From sequence record SRR2962707_431: 54,909 nt of DNA; one strand, 5' to 3'. Below the pieces are notes generated by a model. The model was not told the origin of the DNA. It saw only the letters and a program-made list of their open reading frames with translations, and did no database searches. Shown piece after piece: positions 18,187 through 27,159 of the stretch (the first letter of the stretch is position 1; every line of letters starts with the position of its first letter). A program made the translations under genes and the position numbers.

Positions 18187-18214
18187 GAAGCTTATAGTCT
18201 GAAGCTTAAAGCTT
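18187..18214. repeat. Degenerate 7-bp tandem repeat, 4 units, upstream of the four-helix-bundle gene
   Basis: gaagctt atagtct gaagctt aaagctt, ending 1 bp from the pccB stop codon. Confidence 0.75.
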
Positions 18215-18215
18215 T

Positions 18216-19799
18216 TTACAATGGAATATTCCCATGCTTCTTCCTCGGTAGCTTATCAACCTTGTTTTCCAGCATAGAAAATGCATGAATCAATTTGGTT
18301 CTGGTGTTATGTGGAAGAATTACTTCATCCACAAAGCCCCTGGCTGCAGCGATATACGGATTGGCAAACTTCTCTGTATACTCATTGATTTTTTCCTGGT
18401 GCATCGCGTTGGAATCCTCGGCATTCTTGATCTCCTTCTTGAAAATAATTTCAGAAGCTCCCTGTGCACCCATCACAGCAATTTCAGCTGTGGGCCAGGC
18501 GTAATTCATGTCAGCACCAATGTGTTTGGAGTTCATTACATCATAGGCTCCTCCGTATGCTTTTCTGGTAATGACCGAAATTCTAGGCACTGTTGCTTCA
18601 CTGAAAGCATAGAGCAATTTTGCCCCATTGGTGATGATCCCGTTCCATTCCTGATCTGTTCCCGGCAAGAACCCAGGCACATCCACCAAGACCAATAATG
18701 GCACATTGAAGCTGTCGCAGAATCGTACAAAACGACCTGCCTTAGTACTTGATTCAATATCCAAAACCCCAGCCATGCTCATGGGCTGGTTCGCCACTAT
18801 CCCAATGCTTCTGCCAGCCAATCTGGCAAACCCACAAATGATATTGTCCGCAAAATCTTTATGTACCTCAAGGAAGCTGTCCGAATCAATGATGCCGTTG
18901 ATCACATCATGCATGTCATACGGTTGATTGGGATTGTCAGGAAGAACGGAATCCAATTGGTTTCGCACCTCATCTCCCATTTCGTATGCTAATCTTGGTG
19001 GCTCTTCTTCACAATTGGAGGGGATATAGCTCATCAATTGCTTGATATGACGAATGCATTCCGCTTCATTCGCACATGCAAAATGAGTAACACCGCTCTT
19101 CGTCGCATGTGTCTGTGCTCCGCCCAACTCTTCGCTCGTCACCTCTTCCTGCGTTACCGTCTTCACCACATTTGGGCCAGTCACAAACATGTAACTGGAT
19201 TGCTCTACCATGAAGATGAAATCTGTAATGGCAGGTGAGTAGACAGCCCCACCAGCACATGGACCCAAAATAGCTGAAATCTGAGGCACCACCCCGGAGG
19301 CCAGTGTGTTTCGATAGAATATATCCGCGTATCCTCCCAGTGACACAACTCCTTCCTGGATTCTCGCACCTCCAGAATCATTCAATCCGATGACCGGAGC
19401 ACCGTTTTTCATGGCCATATCCATGATCTTCACAATTTTTTCAGCGAAGGTCTCAGAAAGTGATCCTCCAAAAACCGTAAAATCCTGACTGAAGACATAA
19501 ACAAGCCTTCCATCGATGGTGCCATAGCCTGTTACCACGCCATCACCGAGAATCTTTTGTTTGTCCATACCAAAATCAGTGGCACGGTGGGTTACAAATT
19601 TTCCTATCTCCTGGAAAGAGCCCTGATCCAATAAAAGATCAATCCGCTCTCGTGCGGTCAATTTACCCTTCTCGTGCTGTTTGGCTATCCGGTCTTCGCC
19701 ACCACCTTTAAGGGCTTCCTGGTTCATAGATTCCAGCTTTGCGATTTTCTCGCCTATGCTCTGGATGTTCGTTGCGGTTTTTGGTTTTTCGTTACTCAT
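18216..19799 (-). CDS. pccB: Acyl-CoA (propionyl/methylmalonyl-CoA) carboxyltransferase beta subunit
   Basis: [56 protein letters not shown] and [11 protein letters not shown] at 19799. Confidence 0.95.
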   Translation of the reverse strand: MSNEKPKTATNIQSIGEKIAKLESMNQEALKGGGEDRIAKQHEKGKLTARERIDLLLDQGSFQEIGKFVTHRATDFGMDKQKILGDGVVTGYGTIDGRLVYVFSQDFTVFGGSLSETFAEKIVKIMDMAMKNGAPVIGLNDSGGARIQEGVVSLGGYADIFYRNTLASGVVPQISAILGPCAGGAVYSPAITDFIFMVEQSSYMFVTGPNVVKTVTQEEVTSEELGGAQTHATKSGVTHFACANEAECIRHIKQLMSYIPSNCEEEPPRLAYEMGDEVRNQLDSVLPDNPNQPYDMHDVINGIIDSDSFLEVHKDFADNIICGFARLAGRSIGIVANQPMSMAGVLDIESSTKAGRFVRFCDSFNVPLLVLVDVPGFLPGTDQEWNGIITNGAKLLYAFSEATVPRISVITRKAYGGAYDVMNSKHIGADMNYAWPTAEIAVMGAQGASEIIFKKEIKNAEDSNAMHQEKINEYTEKFANPYIAAARGFVDEVILPHNTRTKLIHAFSMLENKVDKLPRKKHGNIPL

Positions 19800-19815
19800 A
19801 TCTGTCTGAAAGCGC

Positions 19816-19823
19816 CAAAGATA
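19816..19823 (-). promoter_or_regulatory. Bacteroidota -7 promoter box TATCTTTG for the pccB run
   Basis: Reverse complement of caaagata is TATCTTTG, 17 bp upstream of the pccB ATG. Confidence 0.55.
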
Positions 19824-19890
19824 AAATACATTCAATAGTTCAGCACACCTCTCTTTGAAAGCTCTTCCAAATCATTAAATTGCGCTGCTT

Positions 19891-20835
19891 ATGCAAGTAG
19901 CTGTCATCGATCTGGGTACGAATACTTTCCATCTGCTTATCGCCAAGGTAGGTCAGAATTCCTATGAAATGATTCATCGGGAGCGAAAAGCAGTAAAGAT
20001 TGGTGAAAAAGGAATCAATAAAGGTGAAATCAATCCTGACGCCTGGGACAGGGCTTTAAAAGCTTTGAATGAATTTAAGTTAGTGATCGATGAACTGGAA
20101 ATCGATCAGGTTTTTGCTACAGCTACCAGTGCAACAAGAAATGCCAGAAATGGTGGTGACCTGGTCGCTGAAATAAAAAGGCAGACAGGCATTGAAGTAG
20201 AGGTTATTTCAGGTATGCGAGAGGCTGAGCTCATTCACCTGGGTGCTAAGCGAGCACTCGATTTTGGAAAAGAAAACTGCCTCATCATGGATATTGGAGG
20301 TGGAAGCATTGAGTTCATTATTGCCAATCAAAGAGGGTCCTTGTGGATGCATAGCTTTGAAATCGGTGGCCAGCGGCTGGTAGAAAACTTCCATAAATCT
20401 GATCCGATTACAGACAGTGAAGTAGTCGACCTCAACAATTTCTTCACAACAGAACTTGATCTGCTTTTTAAGGCCTGCGAACAATATCAGCCAACAACCC
20501 TGATCGGCTGCTCCGGAACCTTTGATACTTTGAGTGATATCTATTGTGCATCAAATCAAATTGAGAAAGACACAAAAGCTACCGAACTACCCTTTTCAAT
20601 GGATGCATTTGATCAGATCTATCAGGATCTGATCAAGAAAAACCGGGAAGAGCGCTTAGCTATACCGGGGATGATCGAAATGCGTGTTGAAATGATCGTT
20701 GTGGCTTGTGTACTGATAAATTTCATTCTGGCATCTTTGGATATCAGCACCATCAGGGTTTCCTCCTACGCATTAAAAGAAGGTATTCTATTCAATGCAC
20801 TCGAACAGATCAGAGCGCTCAATACAACCAAATAG
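19891..20835 (+). CDS. ppx: Ppx/GppA exopolyphosphatase family
   Basis: AVIDLGTNTFHL, ATSATRNARN, ISGMREAELI, MDIGGGSIEF and ALKEG. Confidence 0.93.
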   Translation: MQVAVIDLGTNTFHLLIAKVGQNSYEMIHRERKAVKIGEKGINKGEINPDAWDRALKALNEFKLVIDELEIDQVFATATSATRNARNGGDLVAEIKRQTGIEVEVISGMREAELIHLGAKRALDFGKENCLIMDIGGGSIEFIIANQRGSLWMHSFEIGGQRLVENFHKSDPITDSEVVDLNNFFTTELDLLFKACEQYQPTTLIGCSGTFDTLSDIYCASNQIEKDTKATELPFSMDAFDQIYQDLIKKNREERLAIPGMIEMRVEMIVVACVLINFILASLDISTIRVSSYALKEGILFNALEQIRALNTTK

Positions 20836-20893
20836 TATTGACTATTTCTCCCTTGTTTCTGACATTTACATATCCATCAATCCTCATTGCCCA

Positions 20894-22579
20894 ATGAAGT
20901 ACTTCCTACTTTCTTCCTTTATACTCCTTAAAATTTCAGGATTCGCACAGCAATCCGAATTCAACAAAATCGTTTCTGAGCTTCAGCAAAACCTGCAAGA
21001 AGTACAAACCGGAGACGAATCATACATGCATGAGATTGAGGTGGTCGGGTTCTCCGTTTTGAAATACACTTTGGTTGAGGTAAATAAAAAAGGTGATAAG
21101 GAGGAAACCATATATGAATTCAATGTTGCGGATCTCGATCCATATGTAGTCCGGGAGGAGACTAAACAAGATATCATTTACCTCAGCTTGACGGTTGATA
21201 ACGGTCAGAAATTCATAAAAAAATATGTAGATGGGGAATCAAAGGGCTATGAATCCTCCATGCTAATGGTGACAAAAGACATTGACAATGCCCGGATAAT
21301 GAAGGACTTGTTTAAACAAGCAATTCCGGTTGCGGAAAAGATCATGGATAACAAACTTTCGGTTAAAACTTACGGGGAAATGGAGGCCTGGCTTACCGAA
21401 AATGTAGTCAATGCCGAAGGCAGCAGTAGCAAATCATACAGCCAGTCGCTTTCAGTAATGGAGGATTTTCCGGGTAGTGTGCGATTGGTTCAAACCACGA
21501 TTACTTCCAAATCATCGGAAGAAGTCCAATACATTTTTAACCTTGCTGACATCAATAGTAATAGTCTTCAATTCAACATCGCCGGCTCCAGTTTTTCGCT
21601 GGATTTTGAGACAAAAAGAAAGCAAAAGCTGATTCAGGTGTTAAAGGATGGATCACCGGATGGATTTGATAATAAAATAGCGGTTTTCACCAACAATGTG
21701 GAAGAAGCGAGGGATTTGAAAACAGTCCTAACCAAAGTTGTACCGCTTGCAGAAACCAAAGTAGATGCTTCGATCAGAAAATTTCAATCGTTTCAACCCG
21801 CTATGGATTTCTTGACTCAATACATCAGAAACATCAACTACGGGGATGAATCCATGGAGCAATCGGTAGAAGGAAATTGCAAACTGACCATCACACAAAT
21901 AGATACGGACGCCAAATCCTCTAAGAAGACAGCTTCTGAATTCAATTTGATGGATATCAATGACAACCTGATTGACTATGATATCTATTCGGATAAGATG
22001 TTTGTGAAGCTCACTACCAAAGAGTCTTTGGATCTTCTGAAGACCTTCGAAGACGATGCTTTCGACGGGTATGATGATGAGCTTAAAATCTATGCGGAAA
22101 ACATTGAAGTGGCCAGAAGGATCAAGACCTCATTGGAAGATTTGATTAGCATCTGTCGACGAGATTATGTTGATCCATTTGCCGGCATGACGCTCAATCA
22201 GAAAGTTGATTGGCTCGCAAAAAACAACCTTGAGGTTCGTTTGGATAATGAAACTGTCACCCAGACGTTCGAACGCAATGATTCAGATCGTGAAAAAATA
22301 AAACTTACGAGGCTAGAGGTAGGCTCCAAGAACAGTCAGGAGGAAATTTTCGAATTCAATTTCACTGACATCAACCCCAAGAGTATCCAATACAAGATCG
22401 GAAGCAAAACGCTTGCTGTTTCCTTTGAAACGAAATTCAAAGAAGACATCATCAAATACTACAAGGATGGTGAGATCGAAAACTATCGGGATGGATTTGA
22501 ATTAAATGTGGAAGGAATCGAACAGGCCCGAAACGTAATTTTGGTCTTCAACCAGATCATAGAAGCGCTTAATGAGTAA
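20894..22579 (+). CDS. Secreted hypothetical protein built from four tandem domains of about 140 aa
   Basis: Signal peptide from MKYFLL; recurring (Y/F/S)xFNxxD(I/L) and (I/V)(D/E)xARx(I/L/M) motifs. Confidence 0.8.
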   Translation: MKYFLLSSFILLKISGFAQQSEFNKIVSELQQNLQEVQTGDESYMHEIEVVGFSVLKYTLVEVNKKGDKEETIYEFNVADLDPYVVREETKQDIIYLSLTVDNGQKFIKKYVDGESKGYESSMLMVTKDIDNARIMKDLFKQAIPVAEKIMDNKLSVKTYGEMEAWLTENVVNAEGSSSKSYSQSLSVMEDFPGSVRLVQTTITSKSSEEVQYIFNLADINSNSLQFNIAGSSFSLDFETKRKQKLIQVLKDGSPDGFDNKIAVFTNNVEEARDLKTVLTKVVPLAETKVDASIRKFQSFQPAMDFLTQYIRNINYGDESMEQSVEGNCKLTITQIDTDAKSSKKTASEFNLMDINDNLIDYDIYSDKMFVKLTTKESLDLLKTFEDDAFDGYDDELKIYAENIEVARRIKTSLEDLISICRRDYVDPFAGMTLNQKVDWLAKNNLEVRLDNETVTQTFERNDSDREKIKLTRLEVGSKNSQEEIFEFNFTDINPKSIQYKIGSKTLAVSFETKFKEDIIKYYKDGEIENYRDGFELNVEGIEQARNVILVFNQIIEALNE

Positions 22580-22588
22580 TTTCGCCGA

Positions 22589-23665
22589 ATGAATTTTTCA
22601 GCGGAATCCCTCAAACAATTCGTTACCGAAATATTTCAAAAAGTTGGCTGTCCGGATGAGGAGGCCAAACAAGCCGCGAATGTGCTCATTAGCGCTGACC
22701 TCCGCGGCGTTGATTCTCATGGAGTGGCCCGTCTCGCTGGGTACATCCGATTGCATGAAAAAGGACGGCTAAATACAAAACCAACCATCACCATCGCGCA
22801 TGAGACTCCTTCTACCGCTGTGGTTGACGGAGATCTGGGACTTGGCCTTGTGGTCGGACAGCATGCCATGAAATTGGCCATTGAAAAAGCCAAGAATGTG
22901 GGCTCAGGCTGGGTTGCTGTAAAAAATTCCAACCATTACGGCATTGCCGGATACCATGCCATGATGGCGCTTGAAGAAGATTGTATTGGGATCTCGCTGA
23001 CCAATGCCAGTCCGCTGGTGTCACCGACTTTCTCCAAAGAACGATTATTGGGTACGAATCCTATTTCCATCGCCATTCCAGCTAAAAATCAGCCTCCATT
23101 TGTTTTGGACATGGCCACAACGACTGCTGCCAACGGGAAGCTTGAAGTCCTGCAACGCAAAGGCCTGGATGCACCTTATGGCTGGCTTCAGGATAAAGAA
23201 GGCCAGATCACGACAGACGCCAGGGGGCTGATCAATGGCGGGTCTATGCGTCCGCTTGGTGGCGATAGGGAACATGGCTCGCACAAGGGATATGCCTTGG
23301 GTGCTGTGGTAGACATCCTTTCCGCTGTGCTCTCAGGAGCGAATTATGGACCGTGGGTGCCTCCATTTGTAGCATTCATTGATCCGGCTCCTAATCCTGT
23401 CGGCACTGGACTCGGACACTTCTTTGGTGCGATGCGAGTGGATGCATTCCGTAAGACAGAGGAATTTAAATCTCACATGGACAACTGGATCGAACGGTTC
23501 AGGAGCTCCGAAACCGTGGATGGAGCTGAGAAAGTCCTGATCCCCGGAGATCCGGAGCGTGAAATGACGGAAGAACGATTGAAAAATGGCATTCCATTAC
23601 TTGATCCTGTGGTGGAAGATCTGAAAGATCTTGGAGCTAAGCTCGGAGTAGTTCTAACGAATTGA
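22589..23665 (+). CDS. Ldh_2 family (type 2 malate/L-lactate dehydrogenase-like) oxidoreductase
   Basis: ADLRGVDSHG, NSNHYGIAGY, GTNPI, LDMATT, HKGYALG and VLIPGDPE. Confidence 0.93.
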   Translation: MNFSAESLKQFVTEIFQKVGCPDEEAKQAANVLISADLRGVDSHGVARLAGYIRLHEKGRLNTKPTITIAHETPSTAVVDGDLGLGLVVGQHAMKLAIEKAKNVGSGWVAVKNSNHYGIAGYHAMMALEEDCIGISLTNASPLVSPTFSKERLLGTNPISIAIPAKNQPPFVLDMATTTAANGKLEVLQRKGLDAPYGWLQDKEGQITTDARGLINGGSMRPLGGDREHGSHKGYALGAVVDILSAVLSGANYGPWVPPFVAFIDPAPNPVGTGLGHFFGAMRVDAFRKTEEFKSHMDNWIERFRSSETVDGAEKVLIPGDPEREMTEERLKNGIPLLDPVVEDLKDLGAKLGVVLTN

Positions 23666-23699
23666 TCATTGTTAATTACTAATTATTAATTGATCTGAT

Positions 23700-24125
23700 A
23701 TGAGTGAATTAAAAACCAAACCAAACGCCGGTGATGTTCAGGCATTCATCGATTCGGTGGAGCCGGAACAAAAGCGTGATGACAGTCGCGCAATACTCAA
23801 AATGATGAAAGACATAACTGGCGAGGAACCAGTTTTGTGGGGGCCATCTATCATTGGTTTCGGAAATTACCATTATGTCTATGATTCAGGCAGAGAGGGT
23901 GACTGGTTTTTGACCGGATTCTCTCCTCGCAAGCAAGCATTAACGCTCTATCTGATGGGCGGCTACCCAAAAGACGAGCAACTCATGGGTAAGCTCGGCA
24001 AACACAAAACAGGTAAGGGGTGCCTATATATCAAAAAATTAGCCGACGTGGACGAAAAAGTGCTGAGAGAACTAATCATTAGCTCCATTGATTCGTTGAA
24101 GAAGCGGTATGCGGATCACAATTAA
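23700..24125 (+). CDS. DUF1801 domain protein
   Basis: WGPSIIGFGNYHYVYDSGREGDW, GFSPRKQ and LGKHKTGKGCLYIKKL. Confidence 0.92.
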   Translation: MSELKTKPNAGDVQAFIDSVEPEQKRDDSRAILKMMKDITGEEPVLWGPSIIGFGNYHYVYDSGREGDWFLTGFSPRKQALTLYLMGGYPKDEQLMGKLGKHKTGKGCLYIKKLADVDEKVLRELIISSIDSLKKRYADHN

Positions 24126-24621
24126 CATTTTTATACTATTTGCTTCATTATCAATTCTCGCACAGCGTGTTGCTTTTGAAGATCCTGACCTGAGTTTCAG
24201 TGTTAAAAAACCAAAGAACTGGGAATTGGTTGACGATGGCTATGTGGTAAAAGTAGCCCCTACTGTTCAGGACACTGCCAGCATTTATGTCTCATTCACC
24301 TATTTCGAGTCGCCCTCTCCCGTGGACTTTGCAGCTTTAGAAATGGACACGGAAGTACCTGTGCTGATCCCGCTCAACGCTTCCGATGAATACAGCACGC
24401 TTCCTCAAAGTGGCAACAAAACCAAAATTGCAGGCACTGAAGCCGTCTGGTCAGAAACGAAAGTTGATGAAAATGGAATCACTCAACAAAGAAGAGTGTA
24501 TCATTTCGCGTGGAAGAATCAGCAATGGGACATTACGACCAATGTGCCTGAGCAAGACGCCCGTTCTTACCAAAAAGCGTTGACTAAAATCGTCAAATCG
24601 CTAAAGATTGAGGAAAATTAA
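24109..24621 (+). CDS. Secreted hypothetical protein (PsbP/Mog1-like fold possible)
   Basis: Signal peptide; LSFSVKKPKNW at the N-terminus and IVKSLKI at the C-terminus. Confidence 0.6.
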   Translation: MRITINIFILFASLSILAQRVAFEDPDLSFSVKKPKNWELVDDGYVVKVAPTVQDTASIYVSFTYFESPSPVDFAALEMDTEVPVLIPLNASDEYSTLPQSGNKTKIAGTEAVWSETKVDENGITQQRRVYHFAWKNQQWDITTNVPEQDARSYQKALTKIVKSLKIEEN

Positions 24622-25145
24622 AAGATACCTACTCCGATTCCTGCCCGAATGACCCACGGGCTATTGTAAGGTCTGATGGGATCGGACTCATCGTACAGAA
24701 CATTGTAAAGTGCTGTCACACTGAATGCTGCCCTACCTCCCATTTGTTCGGAATATCCTCCACCTAGTAATAAACTATTGTAATCGCTTTTCTCCGTTCG
24801 TTCGGGTGAGAAGGAAGTGAAATACTCAAAGGTGAGTCTCTCAAACTCTGCATACGCAAAAAACTGACGTGTGATATTATAGCGATTAAACACGCTCCAA
24901 CCGAAGTTTGACAATGAAGCATTGATCGGATCCTTGATTTTTACATACTGATAAATAATCCCCACACCGGCGGAATAATTATCCGTAATCTTATACCCAA
25001 CCTGGGGGGACAAACTGATGTTGGTCTGTCTCGAGCTGGCATTGAACCCGGCCCCTCCGCCAAAATAAATCCTATCAGACAGCCTATTTTGCGCCATTGA
25101 GGCCCCCGAAATAAGCATTAAACCAAGAACTAAAAGCTTTTTCAT
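24618..25145 (-). CDS. Outer-membrane beta-barrel hypothetical protein
   Basis: Signal peptide; alternating beta strands (YFGGGAG, LSPQVGYKI); C-terminal Phe (GIGVGIF). Confidence 0.8.
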   Translation of the reverse strand: MKKLLVLGLMLISGASMAQNRLSDRIYFGGGAGFNASSRQTNISLSPQVGYKITDNYSAGVGIIYQYVKIKDPINASLSNFGWSVFNRYNITRQFFAYAEFERLTFEYFTSFSPERTEKSDYNSLLLGGGYSEQMGGRAAFSVTALYNVLYDESDPIRPYNSPWVIRAGIGVGIF

Positions 25146-25447
25146 TTGTCTTCTTTTACGACAATGTAAAGATCCTCGTTATCTTTTTTCATCAGGTACT
25201 TCTCTCGTGCCATCTTCTCGAGTAAATCCGGATCGTTGGTAAGCGCTTCCTTGTCATTCTTTACCTCCATGATTTTATCCTCATAGAATTGGCGTGCTTT
25301 GATCAGCTCACTTTGCTTGGATGAAAGCTGGGACTGCAAAAACAGATCATTGCTGTCTACAAAGGCTAACCAAACAAGAAAAAAGAGACTTGACAAGAAA
25401 TAGAAATTCTTGAAAAATGGAGGGATTTTATCAATCAGTTGTTTCAT
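25142..25447 (-). CDS. ftsB: Septum formation initiator, FtsB/DivIC family
   Basis: KNFYF..FLVWLAFVDSND, a coiled coil, and LEKMAREKYLMKKDNEDLYIV. Confidence 0.88.
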   Translation of the reverse strand: MKQLIDKIPPFFKNFYFLSSLFFLVWLAFVDSNDLFLQSQLSSKQSELIKARQFYEDKIMEVKNDKEALTNDPDLLEKMAREKYLMKKDNEDLYIVVKEDK

Positions 25448-25519
25448 CTGCTAATTTTTTCTGGGTGGTTTGCTTTTCAAAGCATCAGCAGATAGGTGTA
25501 AAAGTAATGAAATAATGGC

Positions 25520-25698
25520 TTATTTAAGTATTCCACGTGCTAGTAAAAAGTACAATACTGCAGATACGATCATCATGGTTCCACCCAAAAGTTGCAGCCA
25601 ACCACCTTTCTCATAGTAATAACTTTCAACTGCATGACAGCAGCGAGAAAAAATACAAATGATATAATCAGATATTTCCGTTTTGGTGGCTCACTCAT
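25520..25698 (-). pseudogene. Small two-TM membrane protein gene interrupted by a 1-nt frameshift
   Basis: ATG at 25698 overlaps the upstream stop and gives MSEPPKRKYLIISFVFFLAAVMQ. After a frame change at about 25628 it reads ESYYYEKGGWLQLLGGTMMIVSAVLYFLLARGILK*. Confidence 0.55.
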
Positions 25699-25936
25699 CG
25701 ATTTCCATATTTTTATTCTCCTTTTCCAGTCGTTTCCAACTGAAGAAAGAAAAGACGGCCACAAATATCCATGCCACCAGGAAAACAACATCCACCCAAT
25801 CGACTACCTCGGATTGGTAATCCTCATAAATGCCAACAGATTTGAAAACAACCAACAGTGAGCCCACAATGGATTGAAGTAAAAATCCTGTAGCCTGGTT
25901 TTGCTTCGTCTTGAATTGCTTTTTAGTCACCTTCAT
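25691..25936 (-). CDS. Small two-TM hypothetical membrane protein
   Basis: Basic N-terminus, two hydrophobic helices and a basic post-TM segment. Confidence 0.65.
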   Translation of the reverse strand: MKVTKKQFKTKQNQATGFLLQSIVGSLLVVFKSVGIYEDYQSEVVDWVDVVFLVAWIFVAVFSFFSWKRLEKENKNMEIDE

Positions 25937-25967
25937 GCGACCAAAAATAGCTCTTGCCTTTCAAATA

Positions 25968-26606
25968 CTATTCAGCATCTACAATGAGTTGATCCACCTC
26001 TTTGATGATGTGATCAATCTTCATGGTCAATTCCATCGCTGAGTATGCTTCTGTTTCAATAAGACTGTCCAGTTCCTGAAATACGTGAAGCTCCACTTGT
26101 CTGTGCTCCGACTCAGGGCCGTAGAAGTTTTTCTGGAATAGCAGAGCATTTCTAACATGCATTTGGGCATATCTCAAAGCTAATTTGGACCGAGCCTCCT
26201 GGTTGGTCTCTGCATACATTTCAGATACTTCCAATTCCGCGTGAGCCAGGTTGTTGAGCGTGTACTCAAAGGCCTTATACATATGTTCTACATCCACCTC
26301 TTCTTCCCAAAATTCATCGTTGACAGCCTCCAATTCCCGGATGGCACGATCCAGCCCCTCAATACTTTCATCATCAATGTCCGTTTCGATGGTCCGGATG
26401 GATTCAATAGCCTTCTGAAGGTGATAAACACTGCGTTCCATCTCTCCCGACTTCATATACCTTCCTACATTTCTCATGTGGATGTCCGGTTCTTCCGCCA
26501 CTTTATTCAGCGTTGGGTGGTCAGCGTTATACCCCCATTGTTCGGGAAGTACGAGTATCAAAGTCAATCCGACTAAAACGATTAAGTACCAGGCTAACTT
26601 GTTCAT
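25968..26606 (-). CDS. Hypothetical helical protein with an N-terminal membrane anchor (YfdX-like possible)
   Basis: ATG at 26606 (MNKLAWYLIVLVGL...); acidic, all-alpha composition. Confidence 0.7.
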   Translation of the reverse strand: MNKLAWYLIVLVGLTLILVLPEQWGYNADHPTLNKVAEEPDIHMRNVGRYMKSGEMERSVYHLQKAIESIRTIETDIDDESIEGLDRAIRELEAVNDEFWEEEVDVEHMYKAFEYTLNNLAHAELEVSEMYAETNQEARSKLALRYAQMHVRNALLFQKNFYGPESEHRQVELHVFQELDSLIETEAYSAMELTMKIDHIIKEVDQLIVDAE

Positions 26607-26730
26607 AACAGCGACAGTTTGGTTAAGGAGATGAAGGTAGAAGAATGCATAACCCCCTCCTATGACGAAAGTCAATTTCTTGTGCTTTCTCAGAAAAAAT
26701 TTAAGTGATAAATTTCAGTTAGTCTCCACT

Positions 26731-27159
26731 TCATTGACCGTATTCCGGAAAATTTCGGATTTGAGTCAATCCTTGGTCCTCTTTTCTCCAGATAAAATGC
26801 TTCACTCCATTACTAATGGCCAGGTATTGTGCGTCCAGCACCTTGTTGTATTCTGCAATTTGATTGACCACTTTTTGATCAATATTCACTGAAGGAGCCT
26901 TGCATTCTACCAGGAGGAAAATCCCGGAAGATTGATCCAGAATGGTAATGTCTGATCTTTTGAGATTCTTGAAATATTTGATGGAATGCTCGAGGCGCAT
27001 CATGCCCTTCGGATAACCCAGGTGATGAATAATCAGGTTTAAGAAATGTTGTCTCACCCATTCCTCGGGTGTTAATACCACCCATTTTTTCCTTACCAGA
27101 CAAAAAACTAAATCGTCTTTCAGCCTGATGTCAAACTCAGGCAGATTGAGGTGCTGCAT
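26731..27159 (-). CDS. Stand-alone type I restriction HsdR N-terminal (HSDR_N_2) domain protein
   Basis: LNLP, RKKWVVLTPEEWVRQ, RSDI, LVECKAP, QIAEYN and SNG. Confidence 0.9.
   Translation of the reverse strand: MQHLNLPEFDIRLKDDLVFCLVRKKWVVLTPEEWVRQHFLNLIIHHLGYPKGMMRLEHSIKYFKNLKRSDITILDQSSGIFLLVECKAPSVNIDQKVVNQIAEYNKVLDAQYLAISNGVKHFIWRKEDQGLTQIRNFPEYGQ

Noticed and set aside
17774..18214. CRISPR-like array
   Set aside because: The units are 7-bp contiguous tandem repeats with no spacers, and there are no cas genes.
26731..27159. Type I restriction-modification or defence system
   Set aside because: Only the short stand-alone HsdR N-terminal domain is present, as is common in Bacteroidota core genomes; no helicase, HsdM or HsdS.
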